NCBI GenBank assembly: GCA_964419615.1
Contig: CAYQPU010000030.1
Location: 1-22,173, forward strand
Direction of reading: 5' to 3'
Source of the DNA: an uncultured Methanosarcinales archaeon
Lineage (GTDB): Archaea > Nanobdellota > Nanobdellia > Woesearchaeales > JAGVZT01
DNA: 22,173 nt
In this document: piece after piece, positions 8,248-16,963 of the stretch
How the letters are laid out: every line of letters starts with the position of its first letter
Position numbering within the stretch: the stretch's first letter is position 1
Translations under genes and position numbers: made by a program
The notes under the pieces: generated by a model
Seen by the model: the letters and a program-made list of their open reading frames with translations, nothing else
The model's database searches: none
What the model was told of the DNA's origin: nothing

Positions 8248-8547
8248 ATGACACAAAATCAAGATGGAGACAGTGGTGTTGGATATAATGTATTGATGCC
8301 CACATTGGCAACTAGAACCATTATACCTAATGGAGAGGAAGAACCAGACTTTGTCCTGGATTCACCATGGATGGAATATTTAACACATGAACTGACACTC
8401 CTAGAAGAGTGGAAAGCTGCATACAAAGCTGCAGAAGAAGCAGGAGAAGAATTTTTCCTACCAAAACCAACTTTTACACAAATGTACGCAGTAGAAGGAG
8501 TTGTTTCCACAAAAGGCCAGACATTTTACCTACAATCATTAGGTTAA
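8248..8547 (+). CDS. Hypothetical acidic protein
   Basis: 99-aa ORF preceded by GGAGG SD. Confidence 0.7.
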   Translation: MTQNQDGDSGVGYNVLMPTLATRTIIPNGEEEPDFVLDSPWMEYLTHELTLLEEWKAAYKAAEEAGEEFFLPKPTFTQMYAVEGVVSTKGQTFYLQSLG

Positions 8548-8625
8548 ATTAACAGGCTCATATTAAAGTATGAAACAATAACTTAGGTTATACAATGCGA
8601 TTTTTAATTCTAATAAACTTCTTTT

Positions 8626-8640
8626 AGAAACCTTTAAATA
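8626..8640 (+). promoter_or_regulatory. BRE-TATA promoter of por operon
   Basis: AGAAACCTTTAAATA, followed by GAGGA SD before ATG 8677. Confidence 0.5.
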
Positions 8641-8676
8641 AAAACTATTGTATATGAAACTAAAAAAAGAGGATTT

Positions 8677-9231
8677 ATGGAAGATATATTTGAAATAATC
8701 ATCATTGGGAGAGGTGGTCAAGGAGCAAAAACCGCTTCAGAAGTTTTAGCAATTGCAGCCCTAAACCAAGGAAAGTATATACAGGCATTTTCTGAGTATG
8801 GTGCAGAAAGATCAGGAGCACCAATAATAAGTTTCATCAGAATAAGTGAAAAACCAATCACAATTCACACAAGTATTCTTGATCCAAATCTAGTTGTGGT
8901 AATGGATGAAACCTTGTTAAGCATGATAAATGAACATAGTGAAAAATTAATTGTTAACACTATAAGATCTCCTGAGGATATCAAATTATGTACTGATTAT
9001 AAAGGCAAGATATTCACAGCAGATTGTACTGGAATTTCTGTCGAAGTTCTTGGAAGAAACATTCCAAACACTCCAACACTTGGAGCTGTCTTAAAAGCAA
9101 CAGATCTATTACCTAAAGAATGTGTTGAACAAGAACTAAGAAATAAACTAGAAAAGAAAATTGGTAAAGAAGCAATGGATAAAAACATTGAATGTTTTAA
9201 TAGAGCATACAACGAACTGAAGGAGCACTAA
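8677..9231 (+). CDS. porG: Pyruvate:ferredoxin oxidoreductase gamma subunit
   Basis: GRGGQGAKTA, YGAERSGAP and GRNIPNTPTLGA motifs. Confidence 0.92.
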   Translation: MEDIFEIIIIGRGGQGAKTASEVLAIAALNQGKYIQAFSEYGAERSGAPIISFIRISEKPITIHTSILDPNLVVVMDETLLSMINEHSEKLIVNTIRSPEDIKLCTDYKGKIFTADCTGISVEVLGRNIPNTPTLGAVLKATDLLPKECVEQELRNKLEKKIGKEAMDKNIECFNRAYNELKEH

Positions 9232-9618
9232 ATGTCAAAAGAAAAGGTATGTGGGTTTTTAGCAGCATCAGAAGATGCAAAAAGCTGGAAAGAAATTCCA
9301 GAAGCTGGACTTATAATTGAAGCTGGAAACTCAGAAGGATATAATACTGGGAGCTGGCGAACATTCAGACCATTAGTTGATAAAAAAAGATGCATCAATT
9401 GTATGATCTGCTGGATAATGTGTCCTGATTCATCAATTATTGTTGAAAACGAAAAAATGGAAGGCTTTGATTATGGGCACTGTAAGGGATGCAAAATATG
9501 CTCAGAAGTCTGTCCAGTTAAATGCATAAAAAACATAAAAGAAAGTGATTCTGAAAATCTAGAAGGATTTGATGAACAAGGCAGAACAACTACAGTCGAA
9601 ATAAACGAGAAAAAATAA
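9232..9618 (+). CDS. porD: Pyruvate:ferredoxin oxidoreductase delta subunit (2x[4Fe-4S])
   Basis: TGSWRTFRP, CINCMICWIMCPD and CKGCKICSEVCP motifs. Confidence 0.92.
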   Translation: MSKEKVCGFLAASEDAKSWKEIPEAGLIIEAGNSEGYNTGSWRTFRPLVDKKRCINCMICWIMCPDSSIIVENEKMEGFDYGHCKGCKICSEVCPVKCIKNIKESDSENLEGFDEQGRTTTVEINEKK

Positions 9619-9621
9619 AAA

Positions 9622-10800
9622 ATGAAAACTAAAGGTTTAACAGGAGCAGACGCAGCAGGAACTGCAATGAAACAAGTCGACCCAGATGTAGTTGCAGCAT
9701 ATCCAATAACCCCTCAAACACCAGTCATGCACAAATTTGCACAATTTATTGCAGATGGTGAAGTGCACACTGAATTAATAAGGGTGGAATCAGAACACTC
9801 AGCAATGTCAGCCTCAGTTGGAGCAGCATCAGCAGGTGCAAGAGTAATGACAGCAACTGCTGCAAATGGGCTAGCTTTAATGATAGAGATAGTATACATT
9901 GCATCATCATTAAGACTACCAATAGTTATGAATGTTGTCAACCGTGCATTAAGTGCGCCAATAAATATTCATTGTGATCATTCTGATTCAATGATGGCTC
10001 GTGACTCAGGTTGGATTCAATTATACTCTGAAAATCAGCAAGAAGTATATGACAACACAATACTTGCTATCAAACTAGCAGAAACTAACAAGATTAGACT
10101 ACCTGTAATGGTATGCCAAGATGGATTTATCACAAGCCATGAAGTTATGAGAGTTGACCTTTTAGAAGACAAACAAGTTAAAGACTTTGTAGGCGAACAC
10201 AAAGCAGTATATCCATTACTAGATACTGATGATCCCGTAACTTATGGGCCTTTAGATTTATTTGACTATTATTTTGAGCATAAAAGACAACAAAGTGAGG
10301 CACTAACCCATGTTTTCAAAACATTTAAACAAATATCAGAAGAATACTCAAAAATCTCAGGAAGAAAACTGAATTTAATAGAACCTTACAAGTTGGATGA
10401 CGCAGAACTTGCAATAATCTGTCTTAACTCAAGTGCAGGTACAGCTAAATTTATTGTTGATGAATTAAGAGGATGGGGAATAAAAGCAGGATTACTAAAA
10501 ATAAGAATGTTTAGACCCTTCCCAAAACAGTTGGTTGCAGATGCACTAAAAAAATTAAAAGCATTTGCAGTTCTAGACAGATCAGAATCATTCAGCCTTC
10601 AAGGCGGCCCATTATTCACAGAAATTAGATCTGCACTTTATGAGCTAAATGAAAAACCAAAATCAATTAATTATATTTACGGTTTAGGTGGAAGAGAACT
10701 CACATTGGATCATTTAAGACAAGTGTTTGAAGAATTAGGAAAAGTGGTAGAATTAAATGAATTTGAAATTGTAAGATTTTTGGGGGTGCGAGATGGTTAA
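9622..10800 (+). CDS. porA: Pyruvate:ferredoxin oxidoreductase alpha subunit
   Basis: AAYPITPQT, VESEHSAMS, NRALSAPINIHCDHSD and YGLGGRE motifs. Confidence 0.95.
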   Translation: MKTKGLTGADAAGTAMKQVDPDVVAAYPITPQTPVMHKFAQFIADGEVHTELIRVESEHSAMSASVGAASAGARVMTATAANGLALMIEIVYIASSLRLPIVMNVVNRALSAPINIHCDHSDSMMARDSGWIQLYSENQQEVYDNTILAIKLAETNKIRLPVMVCQDGFITSHEVMRVDLLEDKQVKDFVGEHKAVYPLLDTDDPVTYGPLDLFDYYFEHKRQQSEALTHVFKTFKQISEEYSKISGRKLNLIEPYKLDDAELAIICLNSSAGTAKFIVDELRGWGIKAGLLKIRMFRPFPKQLVADALKKLKAFAVLDRSESFSLQGGPLFTEIRSALYELNEKPKSINYIYGLGGRELTLDHLRQVFEELGKVVELNEFEIVRFLGVRDG

Positions 10801-11716
10801 CCTTAAAGAATTATCAAAGCAACCTGAAAGATTGGCCCCAGGTCACAGAATGTGCATCGGTTGTGGCGTCACAATTGGAATAAGACAAATCCTTAGAGGA
10901 ACAGACAAACCAGTTGTTGTTGGTAATGCAACTGGGTGCCTTGAAGTCTGTACAACCATCTACCCTTACACTTCCTGGAAAATACCATTTATTCATAATG
11001 CCTTTGAAAATGTTGCAGCCACTATGAGTGGTGTTCAAACAGCGTATGAAGTTCTAAAAAGAAAAGGTAAAATTGACAAAGATATCAAATTCTTAGCAAT
11101 TGGTGGAGACGGTGGAACATATGACATTGGTCTACAAAGCATGTCAGGAATGATGGAACGAGGTCATAATGTCTTTTATGTTTGCTATGATAATGAAGCT
11201 TATATGAATACTGGAATCCAGCGAAGCTCGGCAACACCTTATGGTGCATCAACAAAAACAGATCCAGCAGGGAAAGTTAGACAAGGAAAAGAGCAGTTTA
11301 AAAAAGATCTTGCAAAAATAGTTGTAGCACACAACATCCCATATGTTTGCCAGGCAGCAATCCATAATTACAATGATACAATTAAAAAGGCTCAAAAAGC
11401 CTTTAACACACAAGGTCCAACATTTATGAATCTACTTACACCTTGTGTACCTGGTTGGGTATATCCAGCAAAAAAAACAGTGGATATGTCAAGACTAGCA
11501 ACAGAAACTTGTTTTTGGCCACTGTATGAAGTCGAAAACGGAAAATATACCTTAAATTATGATCCTGGTGATAAGAAAAAACCAATTACAGATTGGATAA
11601 AAACTCAAAGAAGATTTAAGCACTTATTCAAACCAGGAAATGAACACCTAATAAAGGAGCTCCAAGAGCATGTTGACAGTGAATGGGAAAAGCTAAAAAA
11701 ACTGTGTTCTGATTAG
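10793..11716 (+). CDS. porB: Pyruvate:ferredoxin oxidoreductase beta subunit (TPP-binding)
   Basis: GHRMCIGCG, TGCLEV, GGDGGTYDIG...DNEAYMNTGIQRS and PCVPGW motifs. Confidence 0.95.
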   Translation: MVNLKELSKQPERLAPGHRMCIGCGVTIGIRQILRGTDKPVVVGNATGCLEVCTTIYPYTSWKIPFIHNAFENVAATMSGVQTAYEVLKRKGKIDKDIKFLAIGGDGGTYDIGLQSMSGMMERGHNVFYVCYDNEAYMNTGIQRSSATPYGASTKTDPAGKVRQGKEQFKKDLAKIVVAHNIPYVCQAAIHNYNDTIKKAQKAFNTQGPTFMNLLTPCVPGWVYPAKKTVDMSRLATETCFWPLYEVENGKYTLNYDPGDKKKPITDWIKTQRRFKHLFKPGNEHLIKELQEHVDSEWEKLKKLCSD

Positions 11717-11717
11717 T

Positions 11718-11909
11718 TTACTTATGGTGTTCTAAGTGTTTTTTAAAATCTTTTTCTAGGACTCTAACAGTCTTTTTAATATTGTCTGTACTTGTACTCA
11801 TTTTCCTCAAATTTTTGGAATTAATTAAATAGAACAATATTATTGAGAATAGTAATATCAAATTTAATATTAGGTTTAATATTTCTAAAATATTATTGTT
11901 TAGTGCCAT
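11718..11909 (-). CDS. Small single-pass membrane protein
   Basis: N-terminal hydrophobic helix plus coiled-coil-like tail. Confidence 0.6.
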   Translation of the reverse strand: MALNNNILEILNLILNLILLFSIILFYLINSKNLRKMSTSTDNIKKTVRVLEKDFKKHLEHHK

Positions 11910-12015
11910 TTGTTCTTAATATGGTTCAGATTTACATATAAATAAATTTTTCCTTTCCAAAGGAATTTATCATAATTTCACAAATAATATAAACTCATCA
12001 ACTTGAGTATATTAT

Positions 12016-12498
12016 ATGAAACCTCAAAACAAGTTCATCCAAATGTGGTTAATAATAGCAATCATCGTTGGATTCATATTTATAATATTCTTTACAAACA
12101 ACTATCTTAAGGAAAATGTTCTTTGTGACTTGCATTGTAATAGTCACAAAAGTGTAACTTTAGCAATAACACTGGCTGCTCTTGCTGGAGTTTTTGTTGG
12201 CAGTCTCACATACTATTTAATGTCAGAAAAATATGGTAAACAAGTGAATAAATTTCAAAGGGATATCAAAGCAACAATAAAATTCCTTGAGCAAGATCAC
12301 CAGCTGATAATTAATGCTCTTATTAAAAACAGTGGTAAGTTAACTCAATCTGAACTTACAAAACAAACAAAACTATCAAGAGTGAAAATCTCTAGGGGAG
12401 TCAAACAATTAGAAGAAAAACAAATAATAACAAAATCAAAAGCAGGTATGACTAATCAGATAGAACTCCAAAAAGACTTAAAAAAGCTTTTTCTATGA
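12016..12498 (+). CDS. Membrane-anchored winged-HTH (MarR-like) transcriptional regulator
   Basis: Two TM helices separated by a CDLHC..H loop; C-terminal GKLTQSELTKQTKLSRVKISRGVKQLEEKQII wHTH. Confidence 0.8.
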   Translation: MKPQNKFIQMWLIIAIIVGFIFIIFFTNNYLKENVLCDLHCNSHKSVTLAITLAALAGVFVGSLTYYLMSEKYGKQVNKFQRDIKATIKFLEQDHQLIINALIKNSGKLTQSELTKQTKLSRVKISRGVKQLEEKQIITKSKAGMTNQIELQKDLKKLFL

Positions 12499-12594
12499 AT
12501 CAATTTGAAGTAATGATTCATATATGTTTTAAACAAATACTTTATAAGTAACACTAATCTCACTTTTTGATACAAACATTCATAGGTTGTATCA
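12494..12594 (+). promoter_or_regulatory. TATA box (12541-12547) flanked by two inverted repeats, candidate operators
   Basis: TATGAATCA-N11-TGATTCATA (12494-12522); TTTATAA; TGATACAA-N11-TTGTATCA (12568-12594). Confidence 0.45.
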
Positions 12595-12608
12595 TATTTG
12601 GTAATAAC

Positions 12609-13916
12609 ATGAATAAAAAATACCTAATATTAGCATTGCTGCTATTAACAATCCCATTAGCACTAGCACAATCAGAAAAAGAACTAGTATTATTCTACAG
12701 TTCAACCTGTCCTCATTGTCATGATGAAATTGAATACTTAAATGAAATAAGATCTGATTATCCTGACATTGACTTCAGTTTTTATGAAATATCTAGCAAG
12801 AAAAACTCAGATCTGCTGGAAAAATATGCAAAAGAATATGACACAGGAACCGCAGGAGTACCAAGGACTTTCATTGCAGATAAAGTGTTTATTGGGTTTG
12901 ATCCTGGAAATGGAGATTTGACATATGCTGATCAATACAAAGCATACATTGGCTACAAAAACCAAATCAGTAATGAGCTTGCCAAATTAAACAATTCAGA
13001 GTTCACACCAACCCAGCAAAAAACATCTAATCCATTTTGGTTACTCTCATTAATCCTGGTTTTTATCCTAACATATCCATTATTCAAAAAGAAACGATTG
13101 TGGTTCTCTGGATTAGTTGGAGTTGTAATTCTATGTATATTCTTGTTTGTGCTTATATCTCCTGAATCAACCATAACAGGTTTTGCATCAAGCCTGCCAT
13201 TCCCTTTATTTGTAACAGTAATTGCACTAGCTGATGGATTTAATCCATGCGCATTCACAGTTCTTTTCATATTACTATCACTATTAACATACACAAAAAA
13301 GAAAAAAGATATGCTACTTGTTGGTTCAGTATTTATTATAACATCAGCTGTAATGTACTTTATCTTCATCTCACTAATGATCCTGGTTGGTGGAGTATTT
13401 GTTGAGAGATATGGTCAAATAATCCTAAAATTATTAGGACTAGTGGTGCTAATTGCAGGAGCAATCAATATCAAAGACTTCTTCTTTCTAGGAAAAGGAG
13501 TATCATTATCAATATCTGATAAGCAAAAAAAGGACATAACAAAAAAAGCATCAGGAATAGTAAGATCACTAAAAACCAAAACCAAATTATACGCACTAGC
13601 AGCAACATTCATCCTTGCAGTAGGAGTAAATATAGTTGAACTTGGCTGCACAGCAATACTACCAACAGTATATATGTCATCATTAATAACAAACTTTGGC
13701 TCAAAATTTACCCTACTTCATGCAATGTGGACTGGATTGTACTCCATAATTTATATTCTTCCTCTATTTGCAATCTTGGGTAATTTCATATTCAGTTTTA
13801 GATCCAGGAGAATATCTGAAAAACTTGGCAAAAGACTTAAATTAGTCTCAGGTATATTCATGTTATTATGTGGTTTAATATTGCTATTAAAACCACAGTT
13901 ACTGATGTTTGGGTGA
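12609..13916 (+). CDS. Exported thioredoxin/glutaredoxin domain (CPHC) fused to CcdA/DsbD-like membrane domain
   Basis: Signal peptide MNKKYLILALLLLTIPLALA; FYSSTCPHC; multiple TM helices with DGFNPCAF and VELGCT Cys motifs. Confidence 0.85.
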   Translation: MNKKYLILALLLLTIPLALAQSEKELVLFYSSTCPHCHDEIEYLNEIRSDYPDIDFSFYEISSKKNSDLLEKYAKEYDTGTAGVPRTFIADKVFIGFDPGNGDLTYADQYKAYIGYKNQISNELAKLNNSEFTPTQQKTSNPFWLLSLILVFILTYPLFKKKRLWFSGLVGVVILCIFLFVLISPESTITGFASSLPFPLFVTVIALADGFNPCAFTVLFILLSLLTYTKKKKDMLLVGSVFIITSAVMYFIFISLMILVGGVFVERYGQIILKLLGLVVLIAGAINIKDFFFLGKGVSLSISDKQKKDITKKASGIVRSLKTKTKLYALAATFILAVGVNIVELGCTAILPTVYMSSLITNFGSKFTLLHAMWTGLYSIIYILPLFAILGNFIFSFRSRRISEKLGKRLKLVSGIFMLLCGLILLLKPQLLMFG

Positions 13917-13920
13917 TAAA

Positions 13921-14223
13921 ATGAAATATGAAGATTGTAATGTTGAAATTAAAGATAACATTGCTGCAATTGGCTTTAACAATGATCCTGAATCTGTAAA
14001 AACAATAAAAAACATAATTTTTATGGAATTTACAGTTAAACCAGGAGATGAGGTTAACCTAGAAGATCCACTGATTAGCATCGAAGCAATGAAAGGAACA
14101 CTCCAGCTCAAAAGCAGAGTTAGTGGAAAAGTCCTGGAAACAAACTTGGAAGTTGAAGAAAATCCAGAACTTCTCCATGAAGATCCAACTAAATGGTTAA
14201 TCAAAATAGAGGTAACTGAATGA
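13921..14223 (+). CDS. gcvH: GcvH-like lipoyl carrier protein (divergent)
   Basis: IG...I.F.E...GDEV...P...IEAMK...VSGKV.E.N...EENPELL.EDP..WLIKI; lipoyl Lys58 retained; GGTGA SD overlaps the upstream stop. Confidence 0.82.
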   Translation: MKYEDCNVEIKDNIAAIGFNNDPESVKTIKNIIFMEFTVKPGDEVNLEDPLISIEAMKGTLQLKSRVSGKVLETNLEVEENPELLHEDPTKWLIKIEVTE

Positions 14224-15464
14224 ACATTGCCATAATTGGAAATGGAACAGCTGGAATAACTGTTGCATCAGAGATTCGAAAAAACAATAATGAAGCTATT
14301 ATAACAATAATTGACAAATCTGACAAATTACCCTATTCCAGATGCTCTCTACCTTACTTGATCTCAGGAGCAATCAAAGACTCTATCCAAACCTTTGGTG
14401 AATCATTCTATAAGTCAAATAATCTTAATTTGGTTCAGTCAAAAGTAAATTCAATAAATGCAACAACAAAAAAAGTCAAAACAGATGATCAGGAACTTGA
14501 ATATGATAAACTTGTGATTGCAACTGGCGCTGCTCCATTTATCCCAAGCATAAAAGGACTTGAAGATTATTACACACTCCATTCAATAGAAGATGCTGAA
14601 AAAATCACAAAAGCAGCTGATACTGCAAAAAATGCAGTAATAATTGGAGCAGGAATGGTTGGAGTTGAAATTGCAGATTCACTTTCAAAAAAACAGATTA
14701 ATGTTACATTAATAGAAGTCCAGGAAAATATTCTTAATGCCATACTAGACAAGGACATGTCTAACATAATTGAGAAAAGACTTAAAGGAGAACTAAAACT
14801 ATTCACTAAAGCTAATATCAAAGAAATCAGTCAAAATAAGATAATCCTGGAAAATCAGAAAATTGAATTTGATCTTTTGATAATGTCTTGTGGTGTGAAG
14901 CCAAACCTTTTTCTAGCGAAATCCGCGAGCTTAGATGTAGATAAAGGAATAATTGTTAACAACAAACTCCAAACAAGCAATCCTGATATTTATGCTTGTG
15001 GTGATTGTATAGAATTGCCTGGGGTTGCAAAGCTAGCAACAAATGCAATTGTGCAAGCAAAAGTAATTGCTAATAATATTATTGGAAACAATCAGAATGT
15101 ACCAACAATGCACAATACATGTATTACAAAAATTCATAATCTCATAGTTGGTTCCACAGGTCAATTAGAATGTGACAGCACAATTAGTGCAGTGTTTCAT
15201 GGAAAAACTCGAGCTGAGTACTATCCTGAAAGCAAAAAAATTCATGTTAAGTTAATAGCAAAAGACAATAAACTCGTTGGAGCTCAAATAATTGGTGAAG
15301 AAGATGTAATCGGCAGGATAAACTGGTTAGCATTGGCAATACAAAACAATATGACAGTTGAGCAATTATGCAAAGCAGAAGCAGCATACAATCCTGCATT
15401 GTCATCAACTTTTGATCCAGTAATAGTTGCTGCAAACATCCTTCAAAGGAAAATCTCCAAATGA
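14220..15464 (+). CDS. FAD-dependent pyridine nucleotide-disulfide oxidoreductase, CoA-disulfide reductase/NADH oxidase type
   Basis: GNGTAG, YSRC(42)SLPY single redox Cys, IGAGMVGVE, TSNPDIYACGD, and C-terminal dimerisation domain YNPALSSTFDP. Confidence 0.88.
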   Translation: MNIAIIGNGTAGITVASEIRKNNNEAIITIIDKSDKLPYSRCSLPYLISGAIKDSIQTFGESFYKSNNLNLVQSKVNSINATTKKVKTDDQELEYDKLVIATGAAPFIPSIKGLEDYYTLHSIEDAEKITKAADTAKNAVIIGAGMVGVEIADSLSKKQINVTLIEVQENILNAILDKDMSNIIEKRLKGELKLFTKANIKEISQNKIILENQKIEFDLLIMSCGVKPNLFLAKSASLDVDKGIIVNNKLQTSNPDIYACGDCIELPGVAKLATNAIVQAKVIANNIIGNNQNVPTMHNTCITKIHNLIVGSTGQLECDSTISAVFHGKTRAEYYPESKKIHVKLIAKDNKLVGAQIIGEEDVIGRINWLALAIQNNMTVEQLCKAEAAYNPALSSTFDPVIVAANILQRKISK

Positions 15465-16297
15465 ATTCTAAACCAAAATACAATAGAAAAAAGTATGTTG
15501 AACTAAGAGATCAATTAAAAAACAAAAAGATTCACACTGTTTGTATTGGGGCAAATTGTCCAAATCGTTATGAATGTTTTTCAGAAAACACCGCAACTTT
15601 CTTGATATTGGGAGATAAATGTACAAGGGATTGTAAATATTGCAATATACAAAAAGGTAAACCAGTATACTCAGAAAAAGAACCAAAAATAATTGCTCAA
15701 ATAGTCAAAAAACTCAACTTAAAGTATGTAGTGATAACAAGTGTTACTAGAGATGACTTAAAAGATGGGGGAGCATCTGTCTTTATTGAATGTGTAAAAC
15801 AAATAAAAAAAATAGATCCAAAAATCAAGATTGAACTTCTAATTCCAGATCTTAATGGTAATTGGGAAGCACTAAAGAGCATTACAGAGCAAGACATCCA
15901 CATCTTAAATCACAACATAGAAACAGTAGAAAAACTATTCAAAGATTTAAGACCTGATGCAGATTATCAAAGATCATTAGAGCTTTTGAAACAAGCAAAA
16001 CTATTCAATCCATATCTTAAGACAAAATCTGGATTAATGCTCGGCCTTGGAGAATCAAAGCAAGATGTAGTAAACACAATGAACGATCTAAGAAACATGG
16101 GTGTTGACTATCTCTCACTTGGACAATATTTGGCACCAAGCAAAAACCATACTCCTGTTAAAAAAAACTACACTCAAGAAGAATTTGACGGACTAAAAAC
16201 AATTGCAATGAACTTTGGTTTCAAGCATGTGTTAGCAGGACCTTTGGTCAGAAGTTCTTATCATGCGAGTAATTACATAGACTCAAACAAAAAATAA
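15461..16297 (+). CDS. lipA: Lipoyl synthase (radical SAM)
   Basis: CX4CX5C (CIGANCPNRYEC), CX3CX2C (CTRDCKYC), NHNIETV, GQYL and RSSY motifs. Confidence 0.95.
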   Translation: MNSKPKYNRKKYVELRDQLKNKKIHTVCIGANCPNRYECFSENTATFLILGDKCTRDCKYCNIQKGKPVYSEKEPKIIAQIVKKLNLKYVVITSVTRDDLKDGGASVFIECVKQIKKIDPKIKIELLIPDLNGNWEALKSITEQDIHILNHNIETVEKLFKDLRPDADYQRSLELLKQAKLFNPYLKTKSGLMLGLGESKQDVVNTMNDLRNMGVDYLSLGQYLAPSKNHTPVKKNYTQEEFDGLKTIAMNFGFKHVLAGPLVRSSYHASNYIDSNKK

Positions 16298-16848
16298 GTC
16301 ACAATATTTCTCAATCTCAGGGCCTTTCCCTGTAATAACCGTGGAATCATTAGAAAACTCGATCAACAAGCCTGGACCGCCAACCATTTTTGATCCAAGA
16401 GTAAAGGCAGCAGAATCATCATTAACATGTATTCCAACTCCTGTTACATTAGCTTCATCCTCACGATATAAGCAAAGAACTTCTTCCAATAATTCTTGAA
16501 CTAATTCAAAATTTCTTTTTTCAGGATTAGCAAAAATTTTTATGCAATCAATTTCAGTTCCTTTTTGGAACCTACGAGCAATATGATGCCCATACTTTTG
16601 TTCATACCTCTCATTAAAAAACCTGTTATCTCTCCTTCAATGCTAAAAACCACACTATCTGTTTCATATGTACCAAAGCTAACTTTTCTTAGAAACTCTC
16701 CTTTTCCATCTATACCTGCTGTAGAATATATGTCCTGCAAATCACCTTGAAATGCTTTTATTGCCGCTTCTAGAGATACAGATAATAACAGCACCTCAGA
16801 TAGTGGCGTGATGGGCTCATGGTTCAGCAATTCTTTAATATTGTACAT
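16283..16848 (-). pseudogene. Probable single 188-aa hypothetical gene interrupted by a -1 frameshift at a T6 run (programmed shift, pseudogene, or sequence error)
   Basis: The frame of the 16283-16489 ORF stays open up to 16636, overlapping the 16540-16848 ORF. T_TTT_TTA lies in frame at 16621-16615. A BRE-TATA lies at 16870-16884. Confidence 0.55.
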
Positions 16849-16963
16849 ATACCATTAATATATTATCTCATTTAAATATTTTTCGATTTTTATCTCTTAA
16901 AAGTAACAACATTGTCAATAATAAACCAAACCTATTTAAAACATCTCAGACTCCCCTTTATAT

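Noticed and set aside
13921-14223. Biotin carboxyl carrier protein assignment
   Set aside because: The overall pattern (NPELL.EDP..WLIKI) is GcvH-like, the motif is MKG not MKM, and neighbours are lipA/lplA.
14220-15464. Calling the flavoprotein dihydrolipoamide dehydrogenase because of its gcvH/lipA context
   Set aside because: It lacks the CxxxxC disulfide motif and has the single-Cys YSRCSLPY signature of the CoADR/Nox class.
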